A DNA stretch of 64,000 nucleotides from Thermoanaerobaculia bacterium (GTDB taxonomy: Bacteria > Acidobacteriota > Thermoanaerobaculia > Multivoradales > UBA5704). A program made the position numbers and the translations under genes. The notes under the pieces are model-generated. The model was given only the letters and a program-made list of their open reading frames with translations. It was not told the DNA's origin and searched no databases. How positions within the stretch are numbered: position 1 is the stretch's first letter; each line of letters starts with the position of its first letter. Location of the stretch: the NCBI GenBank assembly GCA_035940855.1, contig DASZEM010000025.1:8067-72066 (forward strand), read 5' to 3'. Positions 1 through 8,999 of the stretch are shown here, one piece after another.

Positions 1-136
1 GGGAAAGGGACGTCAGGAAGTCATTCCCGAGCAAAAACCCTCCTCCCACGGCGCTGACGATCACCGGCAGGAACACCCGCATGGCCAGCCGGGCGCCGAC
101 GGCGAGGTGGAAGCGGAGGAGGGGGAGGAGGGACAT
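1..136 (-). CDS. Partial CDS (N-terminus, runs off window), hydrophobic/membrane protein
   Basis: ATG at 136 opens MSLLPLLRFHLAVGARLAMRVFLPVIVSAVGGGFLLGNDF... with no stop before position 1. Confidence 0.45.
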   Translation of the reverse strand, partial: MSLLPLLRFHLAVGARLAMRVFLPVIVSAVGGGFLLGNDFLTSLS

Positions 137-155
137 GGGCGGGAGGATTCTAAAG

Positions 156-274
156 CCCCGCCCGGGCATAAATGCCCGGGCTACGTGAAAAGCGCCGGGT
201 GAACCCGACGCGATTTTTTGAGTCCCCTTCAGGGGGCTCTTTTGACTAGCCCGGGCATTTATGCCCGGGCGGGG
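156..274. repeat. REP-doublet/MITE-like element: perfect 28-bp inverted repeat whose arms are each palindromic
   Basis: CCCCGCCCGGGCATAAATGCCCGGGCTA (156-183) is the exact reverse complement of TAGCCCGGGCATTTATGCCCGGGCGGGG (247-274); intergenic. Confidence 0.8.
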
Positions 275-289
275 GTGGCGAGCACCCCC

Positions 290-2461
290 TTACCGCGATC
301 CGTCCCCCGCCCCCCGCGTCTCCGCCTCGCAGGCGTCCTCGATGTTCGGGATTGCGTTCAACCGCTTGGCCCGGCGGCCGGTGTCGGTCCCGCCGCAGCA
401 GCTCAGGAGGGCGTCCAGGAACGGCTTGGCCGCTTCAGGATCTCGCCCTTCGATCCAGTTGCCGGCGGTGGCGAGGACGCGGGCCTTTTCGGGCGTGCCG
501 TCGGGGAGCAGCGACGCCGCTTCCCTGGCGAGGTCCATCCCCCGGTAGCGGTAGTGGAAGCGCTTGGCCGGCTTGACCTCGCTCTCGCGGGCGCGCTTGC
601 GCTCGTCCGCCGTGGGGCCGAGATGGGGGAGCTTGCCCTTGGCGCGAGCCCCGGCGTAGGAGTCGTTCTCGTACTGCCCCTGGTAAATGAACCAGTCCGG
701 CTCGAGTTCCGTGCCTTGGAGCTGCAGGCCCTGGTAGCGGGTGACGCACGCGGCCCGGAACAGCGACCGCGCCCGGTCCGCGGGGGGGCGCTTCTCATCA
801 CGGCCTTCGGCGACGGAGCGGGCCAGCATCTTCAGAGGGACTCCCAGGTTGGTGGGCAGGAACTTCTCCGCCTCCTGATAACGCCCCTCCCGGACGAGCC
901 GCCGGCCCACCAGATAGCGCAGGTCGTAGGCGATCCGCTCCCTGTCCGGCGTCACGATCCCCGCGTACAGGTACGACCAGCCGTCGCCGTACTCATCCGG
1001 CCGGTGAGAGGCGAGAGCCACGGGCCAGCTCCGGTCCACGTAGGAACGCGCCTCGTCGGTCGTCAGCGCCCGCTCGGCGATGTAGGCGGCGTCACTCCAA
1101 TAGCCCCCGATGAGCAGGGAGTACAAGGCGCCCATGTAATCCCCCCGCGCCAGCAGGGAGGCGCCGATGTCGCCCTCGTAGCGGGGCGCGAGCGCGGGTT
1201 GGAGCTGGTTCTCGTAGGCCTGGAAGGCGTCGTGGTCCGGCCCGGGGTCCTTGGGCAGCCGCGAGCGGGCCCCCTGAAGAACCCGCTCGGCCTCTTGGAG
1301 CTTGCCGGCCCGCAGGAGGAGCTTGGCCTCGATCCAATGGGTCATCGGGCTGTCGCCCGGGGCGCGCTTCAGCCATTCCGAAGCAGCGTCGAAGTCCCCG
1401 GCCCGGTAGCAGACCCAGGCCAGGCGGTCGGCGTCCCCCACGTTCCTGGGCTGGACGGCCTTGATCGCTTCCAGCCACTTGCGGGCCGGCGCGGGATCGA
1501 GAGGGCCTTCGTAATCCACCCGGTCCCAGCGGGAGAGCACGTAGGCGGTCATGATGGGCCGCGCTTCGTCCGACGCGGCCACGATCCTGAGGCTCTTGGG
1601 TTCGTTGAGCAGCTTCGCGGCGGTGACGCGGATCGACTGCACGGCGCCCGGATCCTTGGCCTTCACCTGCTGCAGGTAGAGCACCAGCGCCTTGTCGGAA
1701 TGGTTGCGGGCGAGCTCGGCGCGGGCCTGCCAGCCGAGGCTGGCGGCGGCCAGGCCCAGGGGATCGGGGAAGCCCTGATCGGCCAGCTCGCGGGTGTGCT
1801 CGAACCAGCGGACGGCCCCTTCCGGATCTCCCGGGAGGGCCGTCTCCGGATCGTTCTGGAGGCTCAACCGGCCCAGCATGTACGCGGCCCAGGTGGAGCG
1901 GCGACGGCGCTCCGCCTCGGGACGGTCGAGGAGCTTCTGCCAGGAGCCCCGCGCCGCCTCGAACCGGCCCTGGTGGTAGGCGATGGCGCCCCGGAGATAG
2001 TCGTCGAACTCGCCCGGCAGGCCCGCGGGCACGGTGAGGTTCGCGGGCGGCTGCGGACGGGGCGGCGGCGGGTCGGACCAGGCCGCTTCCTGCCGCCAGG
2101 CGGCCAACGCGTCGCCATACTGGGCAAGGCTCTCGCGGATCTCGGCGTACTTCCCCGTCAGGCTCCGGTTCGACGTGGCGGTCTCGAGATCCCTCTGGTC
2201 CACCTCCGCCGTCTGGCGATGGGGACCGCGCTCGCCGGCCACCACGGCCTTGAGCCGCTGCTGGGGCCGGTTCCCGTCGAAGGGGGAGGGCCGGGGCTCG
2301 AGGGCGTCCTTGAGCCAGGTGGTGGGCGCTTCGAGGATCCAGGCCTCGTCCGTCAGCAGCCAGTTGGGGAAGAAGGGACCGCAGGCCCAGAGGGCGGCGC
2401 CCCCGGAAAGGACCGCCAACGCGGTCAGACCGGCTCGAATCAGCGTTTCACGGTAGCTCAA
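290..2461 (-). CDS. Exported alpha-helical (TPR-like) hypothetical protein
   Basis: 723-aa ORF, signal peptide ending AALWACGPFFP, repeated A..A.Y.LGR-type helical patterns; overlaps the DUF3142-like gene. Confidence 0.75.
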   Translation of the reverse strand: MSYRETLIRAGLTALAVLSGGAALWACGPFFPNWLLTDEAWILEAPTTWLKDALEPRPSPFDGNRPQQRLKAVVAGERGPHRQTAEVDQRDLETATSNRSLTGKYAEIRESLAQYGDALAAWRQEAAWSDPPPPRPQPPANLTVPAGLPGEFDDYLRGAIAYHQGRFEAARGSWQKLLDRPEAERRRRSTWAAYMLGRLSLQNDPETALPGDPEGAVRWFEHTRELADQGFPDPLGLAAASLGWQARAELARNHSDKALVLYLQQVKAKDPGAVQSIRVTAAKLLNEPKSLRIVAASDEARPIMTAYVLSRWDRVDYEGPLDPAPARKWLEAIKAVQPRNVGDADRLAWVCYRAGDFDAASEWLKRAPGDSPMTHWIEAKLLLRAGKLQEAERVLQGARSRLPKDPGPDHDAFQAYENQLQPALAPRYEGDIGASLLARGDYMGALYSLLIGGYWSDAAYIAERALTTDEARSYVDRSWPVALASHRPDEYGDGWSYLYAGIVTPDRERIAYDLRYLVGRRLVREGRYQEAEKFLPTNLGVPLKMLARSVAEGRDEKRPPADRARSLFRAACVTRYQGLQLQGTELEPDWFIYQGQYENDSYAGARAKGKLPHLGPTADERKRARESEVKPAKRFHYRYRGMDLAREAASLLPDGTPEKARVLATAGNWIEGRDPEAAKPFLDALLSCCGGTDTGRRAKRLNAIPNIEDACEAETRGAGDGSR

Positions 2462-3701
2462 CCTGAACCTCCGTCGGCGTCGAGAAGCGCAGCCACGCGA
2501 CGGGGCTGCGCGCGCCAGGGCGAAGGAACCCGGCTCCGGACCGTACCAGGAGGATGTCGGACGGGCTCTTCGAGACCACCTTGTATACGGCCAGACCGTC
2601 CGTGGCGATGGGGGCCTCGCCCTGCCAGCGGATCCGGATCGGGGAGGGCCAGGGAGCCTCGGCTTCGCCCTGGTTGGCGATGTCGACCTGGACCAGTCCG
2701 GGCTCGGGTTTCCGCATGGCGGCCCGGACCTCGCTCCGGGGTGCCCGTCCCGCCATGGCGGCCCGCAGGGTCGGCCACGTCCAGTTGCGGCGGTCGCCCT
2801 CGACGGGAAGGCGGTACCAGAGGATTCCCTGCAGCTCCTTGGGGCGCTCGTGGGTCCACTCGCGGATCAGCCCCGCCATGGCCGCCGGATCGCTGCGCGC
2901 CGTGCGGACGGTGCTGCCCGGCGAGAAGGAGAGCAGGGGGCCTTCGGCCAGCAATCCGATGAGATGGCCCCGGGAGTCGAAGGCCGCCTGGTAGCTGTAG
3001 GTGGGCAGCGCCGCGCGGAACGGGCGCCCGAAGCTCGCCGCCTTCTTCACCAGTCCCCTCGCCGTCGGGGGATCGGTGAGGATGATGTCTCCTTCATCGA
3101 TCCATTCCGGGGGCTTCAGCGAGTGGAGCTGGAGGACGTAGCCGTCGGCCTCCTGGATCAGGCCCCGGAACGGATGGGCCAGGAAGAGCCAGGCGGGCAG
3201 GGCGGTGAAGGTCAGGCGCGCCGGGGCCACGGCCGGCCGCAGGGCGGCGAGGAGGACGCGGTAGTCCCCGACTTTCGACTCCGGGCAGTCGTAGTCGATC
3301 TGGATCTCGGAGAGGGAGATCCCCTTGGCCCGGGCCTCCGCCGCCACGCCGCGGGCGAGGCCCTGGAGGAACGAGACCAGCCCGGGATCGTCCGCGAAGC
3401 GCCCGGGAAAGGTGTGTACCCGGATCGCCACGCCCACGGGCTTGCGGTAGCCCTTGAGGACTTCGGCGTCCAGCGGCACCCGGACGACTTGAGGAGGCTG
3501 AGACCGGGGGTCCACCTCGGCCGCGAGGACGATCAGATCGGAGAAGCCCGAGGCCCGCCGGACGGATTCACGGACGGCCGGAGTCCAGCTCCGCTGCCAG
3601 ACGTAGGCCCCCTGGGGAAGGGGACCGGAGGCGCGCTCGCCCCGGCAGGCAGGGAGGAGGAGGCAGAGAAAGACAGCGAGGCGTACGGATGGGCGGCTCA
3701 T
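2448..3701 (-). CDS. DUF3142-family lipoprotein
   Basis: Lipobox LLLPAC; motifs AYVWQRSW, QIDYDCPES, LTFTALPAWL, YVLQLH resemble DUF3142; start reset to MSRPSV. Confidence 0.75.
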   Translation of the reverse strand: MSRPSVRLAVFLCLLLPACRGERASGPLPQGAYVWQRSWTPAVRESVRRASGFSDLIVLAAEVDPRSQPPQVVRVPLDAEVLKGYRKPVGVAIRVHTFPGRFADDPGLVSFLQGLARGVAAEARAKGISLSEIQIDYDCPESKVGDYRVLLAALRPAVAPARLTFTALPAWLFLAHPFRGLIQEADGYVLQLHSLKPPEWIDEGDIILTDPPTARGLVKKAASFGRPFRAALPTYSYQAAFDSRGHLIGLLAEGPLLSFSPGSTVRTARSDPAAMAGLIREWTHERPKELQGILWYRLPVEGDRRNWTWPTLRAAMAGRAPRSEVRAAMRKPEPGLVQVDIANQGEAEAPWPSPIRIRWQGEAPIATDGLAVYKVVSKSPSDILLVRSGAGFLRPGARSPVAWLRFSTPTEVQVELP

Positions 3702-3729
3702 GGGCGCCCAAGGATATCCCTGCTCCCCC

Positions 3730-4680
3730 TCACCTCGCCAACGCCTTGACCGCCCCGTAGACTCCCTCCACAACCAGGGCCATCCGCCGGTAGTCGAGCG
3801 TGTCCGGCGTGTCCGATTCCCCGTGGTAGTGGGGATTCCGGAAGAACGCCGTGTCGGTGAGCATGACCGCCGGGTATCCCGCCGCCCAATAGTTGCGGTG
3901 ATCGGAGAGATCGACGCCCGGCAGAGAGGTCGGGGCGTTGATCGATTCGACGGGCAGCGGGGCCGCCCGCTTCATGGCTTTCTTGACCTTCCCCACGAGC
4001 GATCCCTGGCCGAGCTTGCCGACGACGGCGATGAAGTTCCCCTTCGAGGGATAGAGGAGCTTGAGGAACGGCGCGGGCAGCTCCTGGCTGCCCGGCGCGT
4101 CCGTGAAGTAGCCGATCATCTCGAGGCTGATCATGGCCCGCACCGGGATGCCCTGCTTCTTGAGAGACGCCGCGTGGACGGCGCTCCCCATGGCACCGCT
4201 GGCGAAATAGGGCGGCTCCTCCAGGGTGTACGCCACCAACTCGACCTGGAGGGGAAGCCCACCCTTGCCGAGCAGGAAGGCCAGCTCGATCAGTCCCGCG
4301 ACGCCGCTCGCGTTGTCGTCCGCGCCGGGATACGGACCGGCGGCGTCATAGTGGGCGCCGACGACGATCCGTTCCCGCGTCTCCGGGCCGAACCGGGCGA
4401 TGACGTTGCGGTAGGTGTTGCCCGCCACGTCGAAGGCCTGGTCTTCCACCCTGCCGCCGGCCTGCTCGAGCTGACGCCGGATGTAGGCCGCGGCCTGGTC
4501 CAGGTTCTCGGGATGGTCCTCGTCGCGGGGGATGAAGTCCTCGGCGAGCGCCCGGACGTGGGCTTCGAGCCGGGCAGGGTCCACGGTCCGGCCCCGGTTC
4601 CGGCTCTCCCCCCGGGTCCGGGCGAAGAGGGCCAGCAGCAGGAGAGGCAGGAGGATCGCCGTCAGCATTCTTGAGACCAT
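3730..4680 (-). CDS. M28 family metallopeptidase
   Basis: [27 protein letters not shown] motifs; start reset to MVSRML. Confidence 0.9.
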   Translation of the reverse strand: MVSRMLTAILLPLLLLALFARTRGESRNRGRTVDPARLEAHVRALAEDFIPRDEDHPENLDQAAAYIRRQLEQAGGRVEDQAFDVAGNTYRNVIARFGPETRERIVVGAHYDAAGPYPGADDNASGVAGLIELAFLLGKGGLPLQVELVAYTLEEPPYFASGAMGSAVHAASLKKQGIPVRAMISLEMIGYFTDAPGSQELPAPFLKLLYPSKGNFIAVVGKLGQGSLVGKVKKAMKRAAPLPVESINAPTSLPGVDLSDHRNYWAAGYPAVMLTDTAFFRNPHYHGESDTPDTLDYRRMALVVEGVYGAVKALAR

Positions 4681-4694
4681 CGGCGGCCGGCGCC

Positions 4695-6113
4695 TCAGAA
4701 CGTCCTCAGCCGCTCGACGGCCCGCGTCTCGTCGAAGTAGATCACGGCGTCGAATTGCTGGGAGAGACGCGTTTTCAGGTAGTGCGACCGCCGCTCCTCC
4801 TGCGGGTGGTAGAGCACGCCGATGGCCCGCTCCAGGCGCGGCTCGCCGAGAGCCTCGGCCAGCTCGCCGTTGCCGCGGATCAGCAGGAGAGAGTCGCCGA
4901 TTCCCGCCTCGTGCAGGAGGGCGGTGTAGCTCCCCTTGAGCGAGGGCCGGACCTGCTTGAGCTGGCCCCGCTCGCCCCAGACGGAGGCCGCCGCCACCGT
5001 CCCCGTGTAGGTGGTGAAGCCCACGAGCACGGCGTCGTCGCGATGGCGCTGGCGCACGAGCTGGCCGAGGTTCAGCTCGCCGAAGTCCGCCCGCTGGGTG
5101 CCGCTCGCGTCCCCCAGGTGGGAGCTGTGGGCCCAGACGACGATCTTCGCCGGCTTGCCCGGCTTGCCGAGGTGACCCGCCAGCTCGTCCAGCGTCGCCG
5201 CCATGTGGCGGTCCCGCAGGTTCCACGAGGAGACGCTGCTCGCTGCGAGCACCCGGTAGTAGGCCTCGCCGTTCCTCACGACGCGGGCGTGCTGGAGGAG
5301 CGAGAACAGCTCCTCGCGCCGGGCCGGGTCCGCGCCCGCGGCGTGCGTGGCGTTCCAGCTCCGGATCTCCTGGAGCTGCTCCATCGCCTTCTTCTCGCAC
5401 GAGCGGGACGGGTGCGCCGCGGCCTCCTGGCCGTAGACGGGGAAGTCGCCCCGGAACCGCGAGAAGCACCCGTAGCGTTTGCCGGCCCGGCGGGCCGCCG
5501 CGGGATCGAGCCGCTCCAGGGTACTGACCACGGTATCGGCCGAATCCACCACGCCGTAGAGGTCGAGCCCGTAGAAGCCCACGCGCTCTCCAGCGGGGAG
5601 GGCGGCGTTGTGGGTCCGGAGCCACTCGACGAGGTCGCGCACGTCCGTGTTGCCCCACATCCAGCCGGGGAAATCCCGGAAGCCGGCCAGGGCCTGCTCG
5701 GCGTTCGCGGCGTTCCCCAGGCCGCGGACGTAGCGGTTGACGAGGTCGGCGTCGTCCCAGTCGCCCTCGATGGCGACGGCGTCGAAGCCCTTCTCCCGGA
5801 TCAGCCGCTCGGTGATCCGGGCCCGCTCGCGGTAGAACTCGTGGGTGCCGTGGGTCGCGTCGCCCAGCAGCACGAACCGGCTGTCTCCCACGAGGTCCAT
5901 CAGCTTGTCGTAATCGGCTTCATCCCCCATGATCGGCAGGGCCGCCTCCCGTACCGGCGCGATCAGCTCGCCGGGAGCCGCGGCCGCGGTCCGGACACGG
6001 GCGGCGCGCAGGCAGCCGGTCAGGAGGAGCGAAGCGAGGAGGACGAAGAGGACGGTGATGCGATATGAATCTCGCGACGCGAGGCGCGCCGCGTTGAAAG
6101 CTGGTACTGCCAT
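4695..6113 (-). CDS. Erythromycin esterase-family (EreA/EreB-like fold) lipoprotein
   Basis: LLGDATHGTHEFY, GFYGLDLY, WNLRD, VWAHSSH, QQFDA motifs; lipobox LLTGC. Confidence 0.85.
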   Translation of the reverse strand: MAVPAFNAARLASRDSYRITVLFVLLASLLLTGCLRAARVRTAAAAPGELIAPVREAALPIMGDEADYDKLMDLVGDSRFVLLGDATHGTHEFYRERARITERLIREKGFDAVAIEGDWDDADLVNRYVRGLGNAANAEQALAGFRDFPGWMWGNTDVRDLVEWLRTHNAALPAGERVGFYGLDLYGVVDSADTVVSTLERLDPAAARRAGKRYGCFSRFRGDFPVYGQEAAAHPSRSCEKKAMEQLQEIRSWNATHAAGADPARREELFSLLQHARVVRNGEAYYRVLAASSVSSWNLRDRHMAATLDELAGHLGKPGKPAKIVVWAHSSHLGDASGTQRADFGELNLGQLVRQRHRDDAVLVGFTTYTGTVAAASVWGERGQLKQVRPSLKGSYTALLHEAGIGDSLLLIRGNGELAEALGEPRLERAIGVLYHPQEERRSHYLKTRLSQQFDAVIYFDETRAVERLRTF

Positions 6114-6183
6114 GTCAAACAACCCCTTCAGAAAGGTCCAGGGAGAGAACGGCTGGGGCGTGCGATAAAATCCCGTTTTCCTG

Positions 6184-6702
6184 ATGCTTTTGACGATCCG
6201 CGCCAGCCAGACCCCCGCCCCTGTTCTCGCGGCGCGCCTGGGCCTGCCGTTGGACCGGATCGAGACGTTCGAGCTCCCCTTCGGCCGCGCCCACGCGTTC
6301 TTCCCGGAGGCCACGGAGTCCGAGAGCACCGTGGCGCTGGTGGTGGATATCGATCCTTTGGAGGTCGATCCGGTCGATGAACGCCTCTACACGGCCTCGC
6401 CTCTCCTGGCCCGGGCTGTCGAGGGCCTGCTTGCCAAGCAGGCGGAGGCCGGGCCGGCGATCCCCCTGGAGGCGCGCCTGGCGGCCCTGCCCTGCCAGGG
6501 CGGGGAGGAGCGGCTGCGGCGCGCCTTCGAGCCTCTCGGGTATGCGGTGGCGGCGGAGGCGCTGCCGCTCGATCCGGCCTTTCCGGACTGGGGGCCGAGC
6601 CGGTGCTTCACGGTCACCCTGCGGGCGACCCTGCCCGTCCGGGAGGTGCTCGCTCATCTCCGTGATCTCATTCCGGGGCTGACTGAAGAGGCCGCCCCGT
6701 GA
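6184..6702 (+). CDS. hen1: Hen1 N-terminal (Hen1_L) domain only; lacks the methyltransferase domain
   Basis: MLLTI..., FELPFGRAHAFFPEA, LEARLAALPCQGGEE.LRR.FEPLGY, LD..FPDWG.S, LIPGL match bacterial Hen1 N-terminus; stops at 172 aa; overlaps pnkp start. Confidence 0.85.
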   Translation: MLLTIRASQTPAPVLAARLGLPLDRIETFELPFGRAHAFFPEATESESTVALVVDIDPLEVDPVDERLYTASPLLARAVEGLLAKQAEAGPAIPLEARLAALPCQGGEERLRRAFEPLGYAVAAEALPLDPAFPDWGPSRCFTVTLRATLPVREVLAHLRDLIPGLTEEAAP

Positions 6703-8999
6703 GCCTGCCGATCCCCGAGCTTTCCCTCGTCGTCCTCATCGGACCCTCCGGCGCGGGCAAATCCACTTTCGCCCGCCGGCACTTCCGGCCCACCGAGGTG
6801 CTGTCGTCCGACGCCTTCCGTGCCTGGGTTTCCGATGACGAGCACGACCAGTCGGCCACGCGGGACGCCTTCGACCTCCTCCACCGCGTCGCGGCCAAGC
6901 GGCTGGCCCGGGGCCGGCTCACCGTCGTCGACGCCACGAGCGTCAAGCCCGAGGCGCGCAAGCCCCTGCTCGAGCTCGCCCGCCGCTACTACGTGCGCCC
7001 GGTCGCCCTCGTCTTCGACCTGCCCGAGGAGGTCTGCCAGGAGCGCAACCGCCGGCGCCCGGACCGCCAGGTCGAGCCCTACGTCGTGAGCGGCCAGATC
7101 GACGAGCTCCGGCGCTCTCTCCGGGACCTTGCCAGCGAAGGGTTCCGCCGCGACGTCTGGATCTTCCGCTCGCCCGAGGAGGTCGAAGCGGTCCGCATCG
7201 AGCGGCAGCCCCTGCGGCCGGACCGGCGCTCCGATCACGGCCCCTTCGATTTGATCGGCGACGTCCACGGCTGCGGCGACGAGTTGGAGGAGCTGCTGGC
7301 GAAGCTCGGCTACGCGCCCGATGCCTCCGGCGTCTTCCATCATCCCGAGGGCCGGAAAGTGGTCTTCCTGGGCGATCTCGTGGACCGCGGGCCGCGCGTG
7401 CCGGACGTGCTCCGGATCGCCATGGGGATGGTGAAGGCGGGTTCGGCCCTCTGCCTCCCGGGCAACCACGACGACAAGCTGCTGCGCTGGCTCCGGGGGC
7501 GCAACGTCCGGATCGCCCACGGGCTGGAGCGCTCGATCGAGCAGATCGAGCGCGAAGACCCCGGGTTCCGCGCCGAGGCCGCCGACTTCCTGGCCGGCCT
7601 GCCGAGCCACTACGTGCTCGACGACGGCCGGCTCGTGGCCGCCCACGCCGGCCTGAAGAAGCCCATGCAGGGGCGCGACACGGGGCGCGTCCGCGACTTC
7701 GCCCTCTATGGCGAGACCACGGGCGAGGTGGACGAGCTGGGCCTGCCGGTCCGCCTCGACTGGGCCGCCGAGTACCGAGGGTCCGCCCTGGTGGTCTACG
7801 GCCACACGCCCGTGGCCGAGCCGCGCTGGTTCAACGGCACGCTCAACGTCGACACGGGCTGTGTCTTCGGCGGCAACCTCACGGCCCTGCGCTACCCCGA
7901 GCGGGAGCTGGTCTCCGTGCCCGCCCGGAGGGCCTGGGCGGGCACGGCCCGGTCGGCTCATCTGTTCCTCCCCCAGACGGCTCAGGGACCCTCCGGCGTG
8001 GATCCTCGCTGGCTCCTCTACCTGCCGCCCGCTCCGGTCCTGCCGGAGCCCAGCCGCCGGCCGGGTTTCCTCGAGCACCCCGACGAAGTGTTCGCCCACT
8101 TCCGGGCCGAGAGAATCGAGCGCGCCGTCTGCGAGGAGACGCTCGGAGGTACGAGAGCCGTGGTGGTGGTCTGCCGCGACGAGCAGGAGGCCCGCCGCCG
8201 CTTCGGGGGAGAGGGGATCGGAGCTGCCTGGACGCGCTCCGGCCAGCGTCTGATCGACGGTCCGGCGCTGGAGAAGGCCTTCCTCGGCCGTCTCCGCGAA
8301 ATCCTTGACCGCGCGGGGCTCTGGGAACGGCTGGACACGGGTTGGGTCTGTCTCGAAGGGGAGCTGACGCCCTGGTCGCTGCGGAACGGGGATCTCCTCC
8401 GAGATCGCCATGCCGCCGTGGGCGCGGCGGCCCGGGCGGCCCTGCCCAAGGTGGTGGCGCGTCTCGCCGAGGCTGGAGCCCGGGAGCTGGACGTTCGAGA
8501 TCTCCTGGCCCGGCACCGCGAGCGCTACGAGCTCTCGGTGCGGTTCGTCGAAGCCTACCGCCGCCGCTGCCGCCGGGTCGCCTCGGTGGCGGACCTCCGC
8601 TTCGCGCCTTTCCACCTCCTCGCGACCGAAAAGAACGCCCACGTGGACAAGGACCGCGTCTGGCATCTGGAGACCCTGGCCGAGGTCTGCCGGTCCGGTC
8701 CGGAGCTGCTCGTGGCTCTCCCGTTCCGCCTCGTGGATCTGGGAGATCCCGCGAGCGAGGCCGAGGCCGCGCGCTGGTGGGAGGAGAAGCCGGAGGGCAT
8801 GGCCGTCAAGCCCCTCGCCTTCGCCGCTCCGGGCCGCCGCGGCCTCGCCACTCCGGCCATGCTCTGCCGGAGCCGGGAGGCCCTGCGGCTCGTCCACGGC
8901 CCCGAGTACACGCTGCCGGAAAACCTGGAGCGCCTGCGGACGCGCTTGCGGGATGGACGCTCTCCTGGCCCGGGCCGGGTGTACGATTCCTTCCCATGA
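6699..8999 (+). CDS. pnkp: Polynucleotide kinase-phosphatase (Pnkp) with degenerate, truncated ligase domain
   Basis: P-loop GPSGAGKST; metallophosphoesterase GDVHG, GDLVDRG, GNHD, GHTP; ligase region VDPRWLLYLPP, EGELTPWS, FAPFHLLATE, EGMAVKP but motif I reads EETLGGTRA. Confidence 0.9.
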   Translation: MSLPIPELSLVVLIGPSGAGKSTFARRHFRPTEVLSSDAFRAWVSDDEHDQSATRDAFDLLHRVAAKRLARGRLTVVDATSVKPEARKPLLELARRYYVRPVALVFDLPEEVCQERNRRRPDRQVEPYVVSGQIDELRRSLRDLASEGFRRDVWIFRSPEEVEAVRIERQPLRPDRRSDHGPFDLIGDVHGCGDELEELLAKLGYAPDASGVFHHPEGRKVVFLGDLVDRGPRVPDVLRIAMGMVKAGSALCLPGNHDDKLLRWLRGRNVRIAHGLERSIEQIEREDPGFRAEAADFLAGLPSHYVLDDGRLVAAHAGLKKPMQGRDTGRVRDFALYGETTGEVDELGLPVRLDWAAEYRGSALVVYGHTPVAEPRWFNGTLNVDTGCVFGGNLTALRYPERELVSVPARRAWAGTARSAHLFLPQTAQGPSGVDPRWLLYLPPAPVLPEPSRRPGFLEHPDEVFAHFRAERIERAVCEETLGGTRAVVVVCRDEQEARRRFGGEGIGAAWTRSGQRLIDGPALEKAFLGRLREILDRAGLWERLDTGWVCLEGELTPWSLRNGDLLRDRHAAVGAAARAALPKVVARLAEAGARELDVRDLLARHRERYELSVRFVEAYRRRCRRVASVADLRFAPFHLLATEKNAHVDKDRVWHLETLAEVCRSGPELLVALPFRLVDLGDPASEAEAARWWEEKPEGMAVKPLAFAAPGRRGLATPAMLCRSREALRLVHGPEYTLPENLERLRTRLRDGRSPGPGRVYDSFP

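Noticed and set aside
218-2962. Very long ORFs antisense to real genes (also 45012..48179, 54949..59706, 6654..9110 and many others)
   Set aside because: Shadow frames typical of high-GC DNA; no motifs, and the opposite strand has clear family signatures
4695-6113. Macrolide resistance gene
   Set aside because: The fold is widespread in environmental bacteria; a lipoprotein in housekeeping context gives no evidence of Ere activity
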